Part shown: piece after piece, positions 9,264-18,654 of the stretch
Layout: each line of letters opens with the position of its first letter
Position numbering within the stretch: position 1 is the stretch's first letter
Assembly (NCBI GenBank): GCA_964532425.1
Contig: CAZHIA010000002.1
Coordinates: 77,945 to 141,944 of the forward strand
DNA from: an uncultured Candidatus Saccharibacteria bacterium
GTDB taxonomy: Bacteria > Patescibacteriota > Doudnabacteria > UBA920
Direction: 5' to 3'
Length of the DNA stretch: 64,000 bases
Program-made: the position numbers and the translations under genes
Notes under the pieces: generated by a model
Told to the model about the DNA's origin: nothing
The model's database searches: none
What the model saw: only the letters and a program-made list of their open reading frames with translations

Positions 9264-10769
9264 ATGAAATATCTCAAAGATTCGATTTTTAAATACAAAG
9301 GTCTTATTCAGGGGAAAGAATGGTATCATCAACGGTTCGACGGGTGCCCGATGTTTATTTTTGCTATTGCTGATGCTGAGATGGTCAAAGAGAAGCGCAA
9401 ACCGGCTGGTAATTACCCCAATGTTCGCGTATGTTTCTTTGGCGACGGCAAGGCTGACTGGCATTTGGATATGAGAGATGTCCGGTCCGCAACGGCCGCT
9501 CTGATCACTTTGGCAAAAAAAGACAAGAATTTGTCTACCAAGCTGCTGAAAGCTTGGAAAAAAGACGAGCTGGATTTTGATCGTTTCTTCTGGAAAGAGT
9601 TTCCCAAGATCAGTCTGCGCGCTTTGACCGATCGGCAGTTGCTCGCGCTTTGGAAGAGATATTATAAGCTCGCCATTGCCCGTTTGAGTTCGACCGGGAT
9701 TATAGACCATTTCGCCCTTGGGTCGGACGCTTTGATCCAAGATATGGTAAAGGACGAAGTGCGGAAGTTGACCAATAACCGGCCAATGAAAGATTCCGAA
9801 TTTGCGGGTATATTTGCGGTTTCCACGGCGCCAGTTCATCAATCGTTCATAAACCAGGCCGAGATCGATTTACTGAAGATCGCAACCGGACAATCTACAG
9901 AAACTTTGCAGCATTACCAGAAGCGGTATTTTTGGATAAAAAACAACTATGTAACTTCGCAAGTGTTGTCGGTTGAATATTTTCAGAACGAGGTCAAAAC
10001 CTGGAAGCAGAGCGGCAAGGATCTGCGGGTGGAAATTACAAAATTAGAAAATACTCCGAAGGAAAATAAGAAAAAGAAAACCAAGCTGTTCAAACAGTAC
10101 AGGTTTTCGCCGCTCTTGAAAACCTTACTGAAGATCTCTGAGGATTTTACTTTTTGGCAGGACGAGCGCAAGCGGGCAACCTACTTCAATATCTATATCG
10201 GCTGCACGCTACTGGAAGAGATCAGCCGCAGGACCGGCTACATGCTCGATCAGTTGAAATACGTAACCGCCTCGGAAATCGAGGGTGTTATGAAGGATAA
10301 AAAACCTTTACCTCGACAGTTGGATGCGCGTATGGCAGGGTCGGTGTTCCTGGTCAACCGGCGCGGTTATTGCGTGGCAACCGGCAAGGATGTGGAAAAA
10401 GTGCGCACCGTGATGTGGGGCAAGCAGAAACAGGATGAGGTGAATGATTTCCGCGGGCTGACCGCGTCGCTCGGCAAGGTGCAGGGGCGGGTTAGGATTG
10501 TAAAATCGGTCACGGAAATTGGCAAAGTCGAGCAGGGTGATATATTGGTCGCGGTCATGACCAGGCCGGATTACGTACCGGCTATGAAAAAGGCCGCAGC
10601 CATCGTGACCAATGAGGGTGGAATCACCAGTCATGCTGCCATTGTTAGCCGCGAACTAGGCATTCCGTGCGTGATCGGCACCAAGATTGCCACAGAAGTG
10701 CTGCATGACGGCGATATTGTAGAGGTGAATGCAAATCATGGGAAGGTGACAATTATTAAAAGAGTATAA
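9264..10769 (+). CDS. PEP-utilizing enzyme mobile (phospho-His swivel) domain protein without an ATP-grasp domain
   Basis: C-terminal GDILVAVMTRPD...TNEGGITSHAAIVSRELGIPC. The large N-terminal region is unassigned. ATG 9264 preferred over TTG 9234. Confidence 0.85.
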   Translation: MKYLKDSIFKYKGLIQGKEWYHQRFDGCPMFIFAIADAEMVKEKRKPAGNYPNVRVCFFGDGKADWHLDMRDVRSATAALITLAKKDKNLSTKLLKAWKKDELDFDRFFWKEFPKISLRALTDRQLLALWKRYYKLAIARLSSTGIIDHFALGSDALIQDMVKDEVRKLTNNRPMKDSEFAGIFAVSTAPVHQSFINQAEIDLLKIATGQSTETLQHYQKRYFWIKNNYVTSQVLSVEYFQNEVKTWKQSGKDLRVEITKLENTPKENKKKKTKLFKQYRFSPLLKTLLKISEDFTFWQDERKRATYFNIYIGCTLLEEISRRTGYMLDQLKYVTASEIEGVMKDKKPLPRQLDARMAGSVFLVNRRGYCVATGKDVEKVRTVMWGKQKQDEVNDFRGLTASLGKVQGRVRIVKSVTEIGKVEQGDILVAVMTRPDYVPAMKKAAAIVTNEGGITSHAAIVSRELGIPCVIGTKIATEVLHDGDIVEVNANHGKVTIIKRV

Positions 10770-10779
10770 AGATAAGCAT

Positions 10780-11628
10780 ATGCCCCAACAAAACCTCTGG
10801 GAAGCCATTCAAGCTGCCGCTTCAGAAAAGAGAAGAAGGGTGGCAATCGGCATCAACAAAATAACCCCGAAGGTCGTCGATAGCTTAAATCGTGCCAAAC
10901 GATACGTGGATATTGTGGTAGTGGGAAAGAAGATGGAAGGGTTTGATTCAATAGAGTGTGACAATTTGACCCCCATGATCCAGATGGCCAAGGATGGCAC
11001 AGTGGATGCGGTGGTGCGCGGCAATTTTGACGCACTCGATGCGTATAACGCTCTAAAAGAGGTGTTCAACATCCAATCCGGTATTCTAGAAATAAACTTT
11101 TTCAAGCTTAACGGTATTAAGATGATTGATGATTCCAAGCAGGGAGTGTTTTGCTTGTTACCGGCTAGCTTTGTGAACGAACGGACATACGAGGACAAGA
11201 TAAAATCCATCAATCTCCATTTAGATTTTTTCAAGAAAATCGGCATAGAACCCAAACTGGGAATTTTAGGGCCGGGAAAATTGATAGACAAACAAGAAAA
11301 TATTCCCGAAGTGACCGCCGGACTGGAGGAGGCGGAGAACTTAGTTACACATTATAGCGAACAGGGAGTGTGGGGGAAATTTTTCAACCATCAAATCGAA
11401 TACGCGGCCATGGAAGCTAATATAATCGTAGCCCAGAATTCTTGGGCCGGGAACCTGGCGGCGCACTGCCTGCTATATTTTGGAACATGTGACTACCTGG
11501 GCGGCGCAGCTCTGAATATTCCGGAAATTGTGTACGTTGATGACAGTGAAGCAATGCAGGATTTCGAAAACTGTTTGCTGTTTGCTTCATATTTAGCCGC
11601 GCAAAAATCTCATGAAAAGCCGGAATAA
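10780..11628 (+). CDS. MtxX/methanogenesis marker 4-like protein (phosphate acyltransferase-like fold)
   Basis: RRVAIG, DGTVDAVVRGNF, GIEPKLGIL, IEYAAMEANIIVA, GNL, GGAALN and VYVDDS resemble the MtxX/Pta-like family; recognised by eye. Confidence 0.6.
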   Translation: MPQQNLWEAIQAAASEKRRRVAIGINKITPKVVDSLNRAKRYVDIVVVGKKMEGFDSIECDNLTPMIQMAKDGTVDAVVRGNFDALDAYNALKEVFNIQSGILEINFFKLNGIKMIDDSKQGVFCLLPASFVNERTYEDKIKSINLHLDFFKKIGIEPKLGILGPGKLIDKQENIPEVTAGLEEAENLVTHYSEQGVWGKFFNHQIEYAAMEANIIVAQNSWAGNLAAHCLLYFGTCDYLGGAALNIPEIVYVDDSEAMQDFENCLLFASYLAAQKSHEKPE

Positions 11629-13114
11629 CCCGCGTCCCACCATATCAGTTTATAAGAGTCCTGCCCCGCCATTTCCGATCGCGCTCATGGCAAGTTGTTA
11701 TACCTTGCCGATGACCAAAAGCGTCGGGGTGCGGGATTATTATTCGACTTTGTTCGATTTCATGGACAACAAGGTTGGCAACTGGCATTTTTACCAGCAC
11801 GACATCGACCGCATTACACCAAAGGTTTTGAATGCCTTACTGAAAGACAACAGGATCGTCAAACACTGCGCCCAGCAGTATGTAAAATACATTTCCCGGG
11901 TCACGGCTTTATTGGACAAAAGAACATTACAGGAACGGCTCAGAAAAATGTCCGTGGGGGAGAGAGTGTCGTGTTTCAAGAAAGCTATGGCTGCCTACCA
12001 GCAAGCTTCGTACTATGTTGAGCCGCCGGATTTTAGTTTGGAGCTCGGCGGGTATGCCATAGTCAAAGAGAGGATTAAGCAGGAGCTTGAAAGCCGGGGG
12101 ATTATCATAGGCCAGGCGGAATTTGAGGCCTACATCGGCACCTTGTTTAATTTCACAGCCTTATCATTCGTCCAAAGGTCGGAGTTGGCTATTTTAAAAG
12201 CCGCACGGCTTTCGCTGCCCAGGAGAAAAGGCGCTATCAAGAAGATAGAATCGGATTTTTATTGGCGGACGTATGATTATTACGGCGAGTTATTTGATAC
12301 GGACAAGATCGAGAAAGAGATTCAAACTTACCAAAGTTTGCCCGCGGCAGAGTTGGCCCGAAGGATTAAAGAAATAGAAAAAAGTCCTGCCAACAACGAA
12401 AAAACGCTCACAGCCAAGTTGCAGGCATACCCTTTGAGCAAGGAGTTGCGAAATATCACTAAGATCATCCGTGAGTTTTCTTTTCTCTATAGCGATATTA
12501 AGAAAGGTCTTACCTCAAAAGCCAATGTGGGTTTCGGTATATTTTTGGCATTTTTATCGGAACAGACCGGAGTTGATGAATATCTTCTTCATTATGCGAC
12601 ACCGGCGGAGCTGATAGCTATCCTGGAGGGTAAGATTTCGGCCGGTTCTTTGAACTTGAAATCCAGGTTATCCGGATGTGTATATGTGAACAAGCCAAAA
12701 ATGAAAGACTATTTTGAGCTGCTTGATAAGTCTGAGAGTAAGCGGATTCTGAGTGTTTTGAATTCACCCAAGGAACAGGACTTTCAGCAACTGAAAGGAT
12801 TAACTGCAAATTTAGGGAAATACATAGGTCCGGCTAAGGTTGTCATCAATGTCAGTCAGATCGGTAAAGTTGCCCCAGGCGATGTGCTGGTAGCACCGAT
12901 GACGGCAGTTGGGTTTGTGCCGGCCATGAAGAAGGTCAAGGCGATTATTACTGATATTGGCGGTATTACTTCACACGCAGCCATCGTCTCCCGGGAATTG
13001 GGTATTCCGTGCATTGTGGGCTTAAAGTCCGCTACCCAATCCATCCATGATGATGATATTGTGGAAGTCGATGCTAATCATGGAATTGTGAATTTGATAT
13101 CAAAAAATCAGTAA
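11612..13114 (+). CDS. PEP-utilizing enzyme mobile (phospho-His swivel) domain protein without an ATP-grasp domain
   Basis: C-terminal GDVLVAPMT...TDIGGITSHAAIVSRELGIPC; overlaps the previous gene. Confidence 0.85.
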   Translation: MKSRNNPRPTISVYKSPAPPFPIALMASCYTLPMTKSVGVRDYYSTLFDFMDNKVGNWHFYQHDIDRITPKVLNALLKDNRIVKHCAQQYVKYISRVTALLDKRTLQERLRKMSVGERVSCFKKAMAAYQQASYYVEPPDFSLELGGYAIVKERIKQELESRGIIIGQAEFEAYIGTLFNFTALSFVQRSELAILKAARLSLPRRKGAIKKIESDFYWRTYDYYGELFDTDKIEKEIQTYQSLPAAELARRIKEIEKSPANNEKTLTAKLQAYPLSKELRNITKIIREFSFLYSDIKKGLTSKANVGFGIFLAFLSEQTGVDEYLLHYATPAELIAILEGKISAGSLNLKSRLSGCVYVNKPKMKDYFELLDKSESKRILSVLNSPKEQDFQQLKGLTANLGKYIGPAKVVINVSQIGKVAPGDVLVAPMTAVGFVPAMKKVKAIITDIGGITSHAAIVSRELGIPCIVGLKSATQSIHDDDIVEVDANHGIVNLISKNQ

Positions 13115-13126
13115 GATTTCGGATTT

Positions 13127-15115
13127 ATGTACACTAAACTGTTTACTCAAATTTCTAAAACAGATGTTGCCGAAGCCGGTGGCAAGGGGGCATCTTTGGG
13201 CGAGATGACCCAGGCGGGTATTCCCGTACCGCCGGGGTTCGTGGTACTGGCTTCGGCTTTTGAAATGTTTGTTGAAGAAACGGAAATCAAGACGGATATC
13301 GAAGCGGTATTGGAGGAGGTGAATCACAAAGACACCAACAGCGTTGAACAGGCTTCGGAAAAGATCCAAGGCATTATTTTAAGCGAAGAGATGCCCGGGG
13401 AGATAGGGGAGGAGATTTCAAAAGAGTTTAAAAAACTGAAATCGAAATATGTAGCTGTCAGATCATCCGCTACATCCGAAGACAGTAGTAGTGCGGCCTG
13501 GGCCGGACAGCTGGATACGTATTTGAACACGGCGGAAAAGGAGTTGCTTTTAAACGTTAAAAAATGCTGGGCCTCTTTGTTTACGCCGCGAGCTATTTTT
13601 TATCGGTTCGAAAAGGGTTTGCATAAGGAATTCATATCCGTGGCAGTCGTGGTTCAAAAAATGGTGCAGAGCGAAGTCTCGGGCATCGCCTTTTCCGTGC
13701 ATCCCGTGACCGAGGACTACAACCAGATGATCATCGAAGCCGGCTACGGCCTCGGGGAGGCGATTGTCTCAGGTTCGATTACCCCGGATTCCTATGTGGT
13801 CAAAAAGAAGGAAATGGAGATTGTTGATATTACGGTGGCCGACCAGCAGCAAATGCTGGTAAAAGCCAAACAGGGCAACGAGTGGGTTACTGTGCCTGGC
13901 TCAAAGCAATCCAAGCAAAAACTTTCCAAAGCCGAGATTATGAAGTTATCAAAATTGATCATTAGAATCGAGAATCACTACGGTTTCCCCTGTGACATTG
14001 AATGGGCGCGTGAGGGTGGTAAATTCTACATCACCCAAAGCCGGCCGATTACAACCCTGGCTCGTAGTGGGGAAAAAACAATCTCGAGTACAACACCGAT
14101 CGTGTTCCAAAAATCCTACTCCCGAGACACTACATTGTTTATGCAAGGGTTATGGGCAAGAGGATTAACACAATTAAGTAAAGAGAAATTTGGATGGGAC
14201 AATCCTTATTTGCCATTTATTGCCCATTTTATGAATGATGGAGTGGTGGAGATTTGGGAGCATAAAAAAGCTATTGAATGGTTTTTGAATACCCTGCTGG
14301 ATGAAAACAGAAACGGGATGGAGTTTTTGGAGAAGGTGTTTAAGGAATATGTAGATTTGCTGGGACAGTTAAAGAAACTTCATCAGAAGAAGTTCTTGGA
14401 TACGCGGAAAGATATCGAAAGATATACCGAGCTCGTATACCAGGCTTCATTGGATATGACTTTATTCTTTTATGTGGGGGTCGATAAGAGGAGTCCTTCC
14501 AAAGCCAAAAAGTTGTCAATCCAGGCAAGAAAACTCGGTGATTTTTTCGCGGAAAATGACGTATTTGTAAGGAATAATATTTCCCGCCGGGGCAAAATTT
14601 CCAAAGAGCTTGCTGGAGTAGTGCTGTCAGCCGAGTTTATCAAAATTCCTGCAAAAGCAAATTTGGAGAAGCGCCTTTCCCGATATCTTATGATTGATGG
14701 AAGTGTGACGTATTCGGGCAGTCTGGATACTCTCATGAAAGAGCATGGAGAATATGTATTTGAAAAGAATGGTGCCTTGACCGGCAAGGTGGGGGAAGTT
14801 GCTGGACAGCCGGCTTATAAAGGTGTGGCGCGGGGTTTGGTACGTATTGTCAGAAAGCAAAGCCATTTGGAGAAGGTGAAAAAAGGAGATATTTTGGTTG
14901 CACCCATGACCACCCCGGATTTCTTACCGGCAATGGATCGCGCTGCTGCGTTCGTGACAGACGAAGGTGGTGTAACCTGCCACGCCGCTATTGTATCCAG
15001 GGAGATGGAAAAACCGTGTGTAATCGGGACGAAGTACGCCACGGAAGTTTTGAGAGACGGTGATTTGGTTGAAGTTGATGCGAATAAAGGAGTGGTGAGG
15101 ATTTTGAAAAAGTGA
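13127..15115 (+). CDS. PPDK_N ATP-grasp + central domain + phospho-His domain protein (rifampin phosphotransferase-like architecture)
   Basis: GGKGASLGEM, VAVRSSATSEDS, AGQLDTYL and QSRPITT; C-terminal TDEGGVTCHAAIVSRE; no pyruvate-binding barrel. Confidence 0.85.
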   Translation: MYTKLFTQISKTDVAEAGGKGASLGEMTQAGIPVPPGFVVLASAFEMFVEETEIKTDIEAVLEEVNHKDTNSVEQASEKIQGIILSEEMPGEIGEEISKEFKKLKSKYVAVRSSATSEDSSSAAWAGQLDTYLNTAEKELLLNVKKCWASLFTPRAIFYRFEKGLHKEFISVAVVVQKMVQSEVSGIAFSVHPVTEDYNQMIIEAGYGLGEAIVSGSITPDSYVVKKKEMEIVDITVADQQQMLVKAKQGNEWVTVPGSKQSKQKLSKAEIMKLSKLIIRIENHYGFPCDIEWAREGGKFYITQSRPITTLARSGEKTISSTTPIVFQKSYSRDTTLFMQGLWARGLTQLSKEKFGWDNPYLPFIAHFMNDGVVEIWEHKKAIEWFLNTLLDENRNGMEFLEKVFKEYVDLLGQLKKLHQKKFLDTRKDIERYTELVYQASLDMTLFFYVGVDKRSPSKAKKLSIQARKLGDFFAENDVFVRNNISRRGKISKELAGVVLSAEFIKIPAKANLEKRLSRYLMIDGSVTYSGSLDTLMKEHGEYVFEKNGALTGKVGEVAGQPAYKGVARGLVRIVRKQSHLEKVKKGDILVAPMTTPDFLPAMDRAAAFVTDEGGVTCHAAIVSREMEKPCVIGTKYATEVLRDGDLVEVDANKGVVRILKK

Positions 15116-15341
15116 GGCACTTGTTTAAATCACGATCGTGAGTTAAGCAAGAGGGCATGGTGATAAGTCGAGTTGTAATAATTGCTTAGGGAGGGGATGG
15201 TCGCGACCATCCCCTACAACGGGCACCAGCTGTGGTTGGTGTCTTTAAAAGTCGGTGAGGTTTTAAGCCAGAGAAAATTTTCTTTGGCTTTTTTATAAGA
15301 GCGTAGTCCCGCTTGGGTAAGCGGTTTTTTGAATAAGGGTC

Positions 15342-15370
15342 TTGACAGTTGGTGTACGTTCGTATACCAT
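15342..15370 (+). promoter_or_regulatory. Sigma70-type promoter
   Basis: TTGACA-17 nt-TACCAT. Confidence 0.7.
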
Positions 15371-15376
15371 AGATTT

Positions 15377-15560
15377 GTACAGTGCCATTATTCCCGAGGA
15401 GGACGGATAGTAGTCTTAAAAACCGCAGTCTGCGGCGGTCGGGAAGACCTTTTGCCCTGAGCCCCCAGCTCATGCCCTTTTAGAGGGTATGGGTCTGCCC
15501 AGGGCATAAGGTTCTCCCGACTGCAAGCAGTGCGGGCAGTATAAGGAGGCCAGTATGGCC
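15377..15560 (+). ncRNA. Candidate structured RNA (long rod; 6S-like or cis-regulatory leader)
   Basis: 15423-15535 folds into one long irregular hairpin with G-U pairs on the + strand and lies just downstream of the promoter. Confidence 0.55.
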
Positions 15561-15830
15561 AAAAAGAAAGAAGGCTGGTTTAAGCCCTTCATCCTCAATC
15601 CGCACAACGTCAATCGGGTTGTGCAGCCGGACAAGCCCGGAGTTTATGTGCTTGGTTTTATGGATAAGGACCGTAAATTAAAGATTAAGCACATGCGGGC
15701 GACCGGTAATGTCAAAGACGAGCTGATGAAACAGATCGGCAAGTATCATATTTTTATGTACAAGCCGCTCAAGTACCAGCTCGATGCTTTTCGTGCGCGG
15801 CATCAGCAGTCGTTGCAGTTCGGTTTTTAG
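15555..15830 (+). CDS. Small GIY-YIG-like protein with apparently lost catalytic residues
   Basis: SD AAGGAGG. PDKPGVYVLG is retained, but the expected YVG, R and E positions read HMR, E and R. Confidence 0.6.
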   Translation: MAKKKEGWFKPFILNPHNVNRVVQPDKPGVYVLGFMDKDRKLKIKHMRATGNVKDELMKQIGKYHIFMYKPLKYQLDAFRARHQQSLQFGF

Positions 15831-15995
15831 TAGAATTTACACGTTTTGCCCGATACAGAACACCAGGGCAAAACCCACAAGGGGCTTACCCGATTACTTC
15901 GTTATTTTGTTCCGCTTGACCTCACCGTACCATCCAGTACGGCTCGGCCAATGCTCGCAAAATGCCTCGTACTCGGCTAAGCGCGTAAATTCTAC
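15830..15995. repeat. Structured ~170-bp repeat, copy 1
   Basis: Closed by gtagaatttac/gtaaattctac; homologous to 16133-16310. Confidence 0.85.
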
Positions 15996-16132
15996 CCCCG
16001 TCCGATAAATCACCGACAGAGATTAGCGGGACATCCCTTGCAAGGGTCGGCAATCAACGCGGTCAATACGCAATCTTGCCATAAGGCGCTTGTAAGGAGA
16101 ACTTACCAAGATCGAAAGCGGGATTTATTTCC

Positions 16133-16310
16133 GGACTTACACGTTTCGCCCAACACAAAAATCAGGGCGAAACCTGCAAGAGGCTTGTCCGATTACTTCG
16201 TTAAAATGCTCCGGTTGACCTCACCGTACCTCCAGTACGGCTCGGCCAATCCCTGCCTGCCGGCAGGCAGGCTCACATTTTGTCTCGTTCTCGGACAAGC
16301 GCATAAGTCC
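16133..16310. repeat. Structured repeat, copy 2, with an inserted CCTGCCTGCCGGCAGGCAGG palindrome
   Basis: Colinear with copy 1 and shows compensatory base changes; insertion at 16252-16271. Confidence 0.85.
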
Positions 16311-16381
16311 TCACTGAGCCCCGCCCTTTTAAAAGAAGGGTGGGGTTTTCTATTTGAGATGCTAAAGAGTATACTATTGGT

Positions 16382-16681
16382 ATGATTGAATGGCTTGTTC
16401 ATAAAGGATTGTTCAGGAATGCCAACCATGCTATTTGGTTTTTGTGCACAATAGGCATATTCTTGACCTTTGTTGTCTTACATTTTTATCCGCACTCTAC
16501 TGTTGCTTGGCTCATCGTTCCGGTGATTGTTCACATGCCGCCGCTTGTAACCGCCACGGTCTATCGAATTCGGAAGACGGACAGTGAGATTTATTCAGTT
16601 GATTGTATATGGTTTAATGCCGGTATGGTTACCCTGTATTTTATTGTCGGAATATTGCAATTATCCCGAAATGCTGGATAG
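16382..16681 (+). CDS. Small membrane protein (about 3 TM segments)
   Basis: 99 aa with three hydrophobic segments; a -10-like element lies upstream and a hairpin at 16732-16768 downstream. Confidence 0.7.
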   Translation: MIEWLVHKGLFRNANHAIWFLCTIGIFLTFVVLHFYPHSTVAWLIVPVIVHMPPLVTATVYRIRKTDSEIYSVDCIWFNAGMVTLYFIVGILQLSRNAG

Positions 16682-16849
16682 CTGTTATATTATTGTAGTT
16701 CCCTACAAGACACGGTATGCAAGCCTTCGTTAAAATCCCGTCCAGGAACCAATCCCGGATGGGATTTTGTTATGTTTGGCTTATCCACACGTGATTTTGA
16801 CAATAGGTGAACGATTGTATACTATATAGATAACAATAATTTGGTATAT

Positions 16850-17854
16850 ATGGACGAAATAAAAAAGGGTGAAATTGTTATTTATAAAGGTACGGAAGGT
16901 CTTGAATTGCAGGTGCGGATGGAGGGGGAGACGGTCTGGCTTACCCTGCAACAAATAGCCGATTTTTTTAAACGTGACAAATCTGTTATTTCTAGACATA
17001 TCAAAAATATCTTTAAATCATCTGAATTAAGCCAAAAATCAGTTGTTGCAAAAATTGCAACAACTGCAAAAGATGGAAAAACTTACCAGGTAGAGTACTA
17101 TAATTTGGACATGGTTATTTCGGTTGGTTACCGGGTTAATTCAACGCGGGCCACCCAGTTCCGCGTATGGGCTACACAGACACTGCGAAATTATTTGCTG
17201 AAAGGCTATGTGGTCAACGAGCAGCGGCTCAAGCAGCTCGAAACCGAACATGTTCATTTGAAGGAATTGGAGCAGGCTAACCAGCTGTTTGTACAGGTGA
17301 TCGAATCCCAGCGCGCTGAAGGGTATGAGAAGGAACTGCTCAAGATTATCATCGACTACACCAATACCTGGTTCGTGCTCAACCAGTATGACAAAGGCGA
17401 GCTGGCAGTGGCGGATGTTAGTAAAAAGAAAGCTGCGGCGCTGGATTACGAACAGGTTATGAAATCGATAGAAAAATTCAAGCAGCGGCTCGGGGCCCGA
17501 AAAGAAGCGGGAGACCTGTTCGGCCAGGAAGTGGGGGAGAAGCTCAAGGCCGTGCTCGGAAGTATCAACCAAACCTATGGCGGCAAGGACCTGTATCCGT
17601 CGCTGGAAGAAAAAGCGGCCCACCTCTTATATTTCTGTATAAAAGACCATCCATTCGCGGATGGTAATAAACGCATTGGCAGTCTGTTGTTTTTGCTCTT
17701 CTTAATCGAAAATCATGCGCTTACCAACCGTCGCGGAGAACGAAAGATCAATGACAGTGCCTTGGCGGCCTTGGCTTTGTTAATAGCTGAGAGTCAGCCT
17801 GAGCAGAAAGAGGTCATGGTAAAGTTGGTAGTGAACTTGATAAATAAACGATAG
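16850..17854 (+). CDS. RhuM-like DNA-binding domain + Fic/Doc domain protein
   Basis: ETVWLTLQQIA, YYNLDMVISVGYRVNS and ATQFRVWA (RhuM-like); Fic motif HPFADGNKRIG; promoter TTGACA at 16797. Confidence 0.92.
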   Translation: MDEIKKGEIVIYKGTEGLELQVRMEGETVWLTLQQIADFFKRDKSVISRHIKNIFKSSELSQKSVVAKIATTAKDGKTYQVEYYNLDMVISVGYRVNSTRATQFRVWATQTLRNYLLKGYVVNEQRLKQLETEHVHLKELEQANQLFVQVIESQRAEGYEKELLKIIIDYTNTWFVLNQYDKGELAVADVSKKKAAALDYEQVMKSIEKFKQRLGARKEAGDLFGQEVGEKLKAVLGSINQTYGGKDLYPSLEEKAAHLLYFCIKDHPFADGNKRIGSLLFLLFLIENHALTNRRGERKINDSALAALALLIAESQPEQKEVMVKLVVNLINKR

Positions 17855-17879
17855 TCGGTTGTCCTCTGGAATATCTCGG

Positions 17880-17982
17880 ATCTACAAAACTACAAATGAA
17901 TCCGAATCTACAAATACATACAAACCCCGTAAGTGGAATTTGTAGGTATTTGTAGATCTGTAGCTTATTCGTAGATTTGTAG
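17880..17982. repeat. Inverted array of short CTACAAA-type units
   Basis: tctacaaaactacaaat...tctacaaat on the left and tttgtag...ctgtag...tttgtag on the right. Confidence 0.75.
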
Positions 17983-18019
17983 TATAATTTGTATACAAAC
18001 CCAAAGGAGGGGTAGAGAG

Positions 18020-18535
18020 ATGATCGGATACACGGTTGGTCCGTTTGGGATTCGGGACCATTTAAAAGTGAGGCAAAAGCCGTTCCCTGCCTTATCCATG
18101 GGATCGTTCGGTATCCAAGAAGGGTATGAAGCATTGATCCCGTTAGCTCCTTGGGAGTTCCCCAAAGAGACCTCAGAATTACGGGACTTTTCCTTGTTTC
18201 GCGCCAAAAGCGGGCAGTTTTTCATCCGTCGGAATATCTGCGGAGATACGCAAGCCCTCGTGCAGTTTACCGGGTTCGGCCCTGAGACCACCATCGGGTC
18301 GGAGCGTCCCGAACTCACCTGCGGGTTTTCCGGAGGGTTGCTTATTCGTCGTTCCGTGAAGCGCTTTTCCAGCCCCATCATTATGCTCAGTCCGGGTGCT
18401 GAATTGTTTCTGCGACTCGATCAGGAAGTTCTCGGTTTGAAAGGGAAACTGCATAAGCTGCTGTACGACGGAGAACACCTGTTCTGGTCGTCCGACTTCA
18501 TGGTTCAGAAGTTCACCTATAAAGTCATCCACTAA
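18020..18535 (+). CDS. Hypothetical protein
   Basis: SD AAGGAGG; 171 aa; terminator aagactggtcc-ttcc-gggccagtctttt at 18548-18576. Confidence 0.7.
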   Translation: MIGYTVGPFGIRDHLKVRQKPFPALSMGSFGIQEGYEALIPLAPWEFPKETSELRDFSLFRAKSGQFFIRRNICGDTQALVQFTGFGPETTIGSERPELTCGFSGGLLIRRSVKRFSSPIIMLSPGAELFLRLDQEVLGLKGKLHKLLYDGEHLFWSSDFMVQKFTYKVIH

Positions 18536-18654
18536 CGCGAACTCTTTAAGACTGGTCCTTCCGGGCCAGTCTTTTTCATAAGTTGTGATATAATGAGTAT
18601 AGGAGAATAGAGACAGGCCGCAGAGCCCGTTCTTTTTTAAACTAAATTTTAACC

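Noticed and set aside
13127-15115. Annotation as phosphoenolpyruvate synthase ppsA
   Set aside because: Lacks the C-terminal PEP/pyruvate-binding barrel; the His domain is terminal
16781-16789. DnaA box TTATCCACA as a sign of oriC
   Set aside because: Single box with no cluster and no dnaA/dnaN nearby; at most a promoter site
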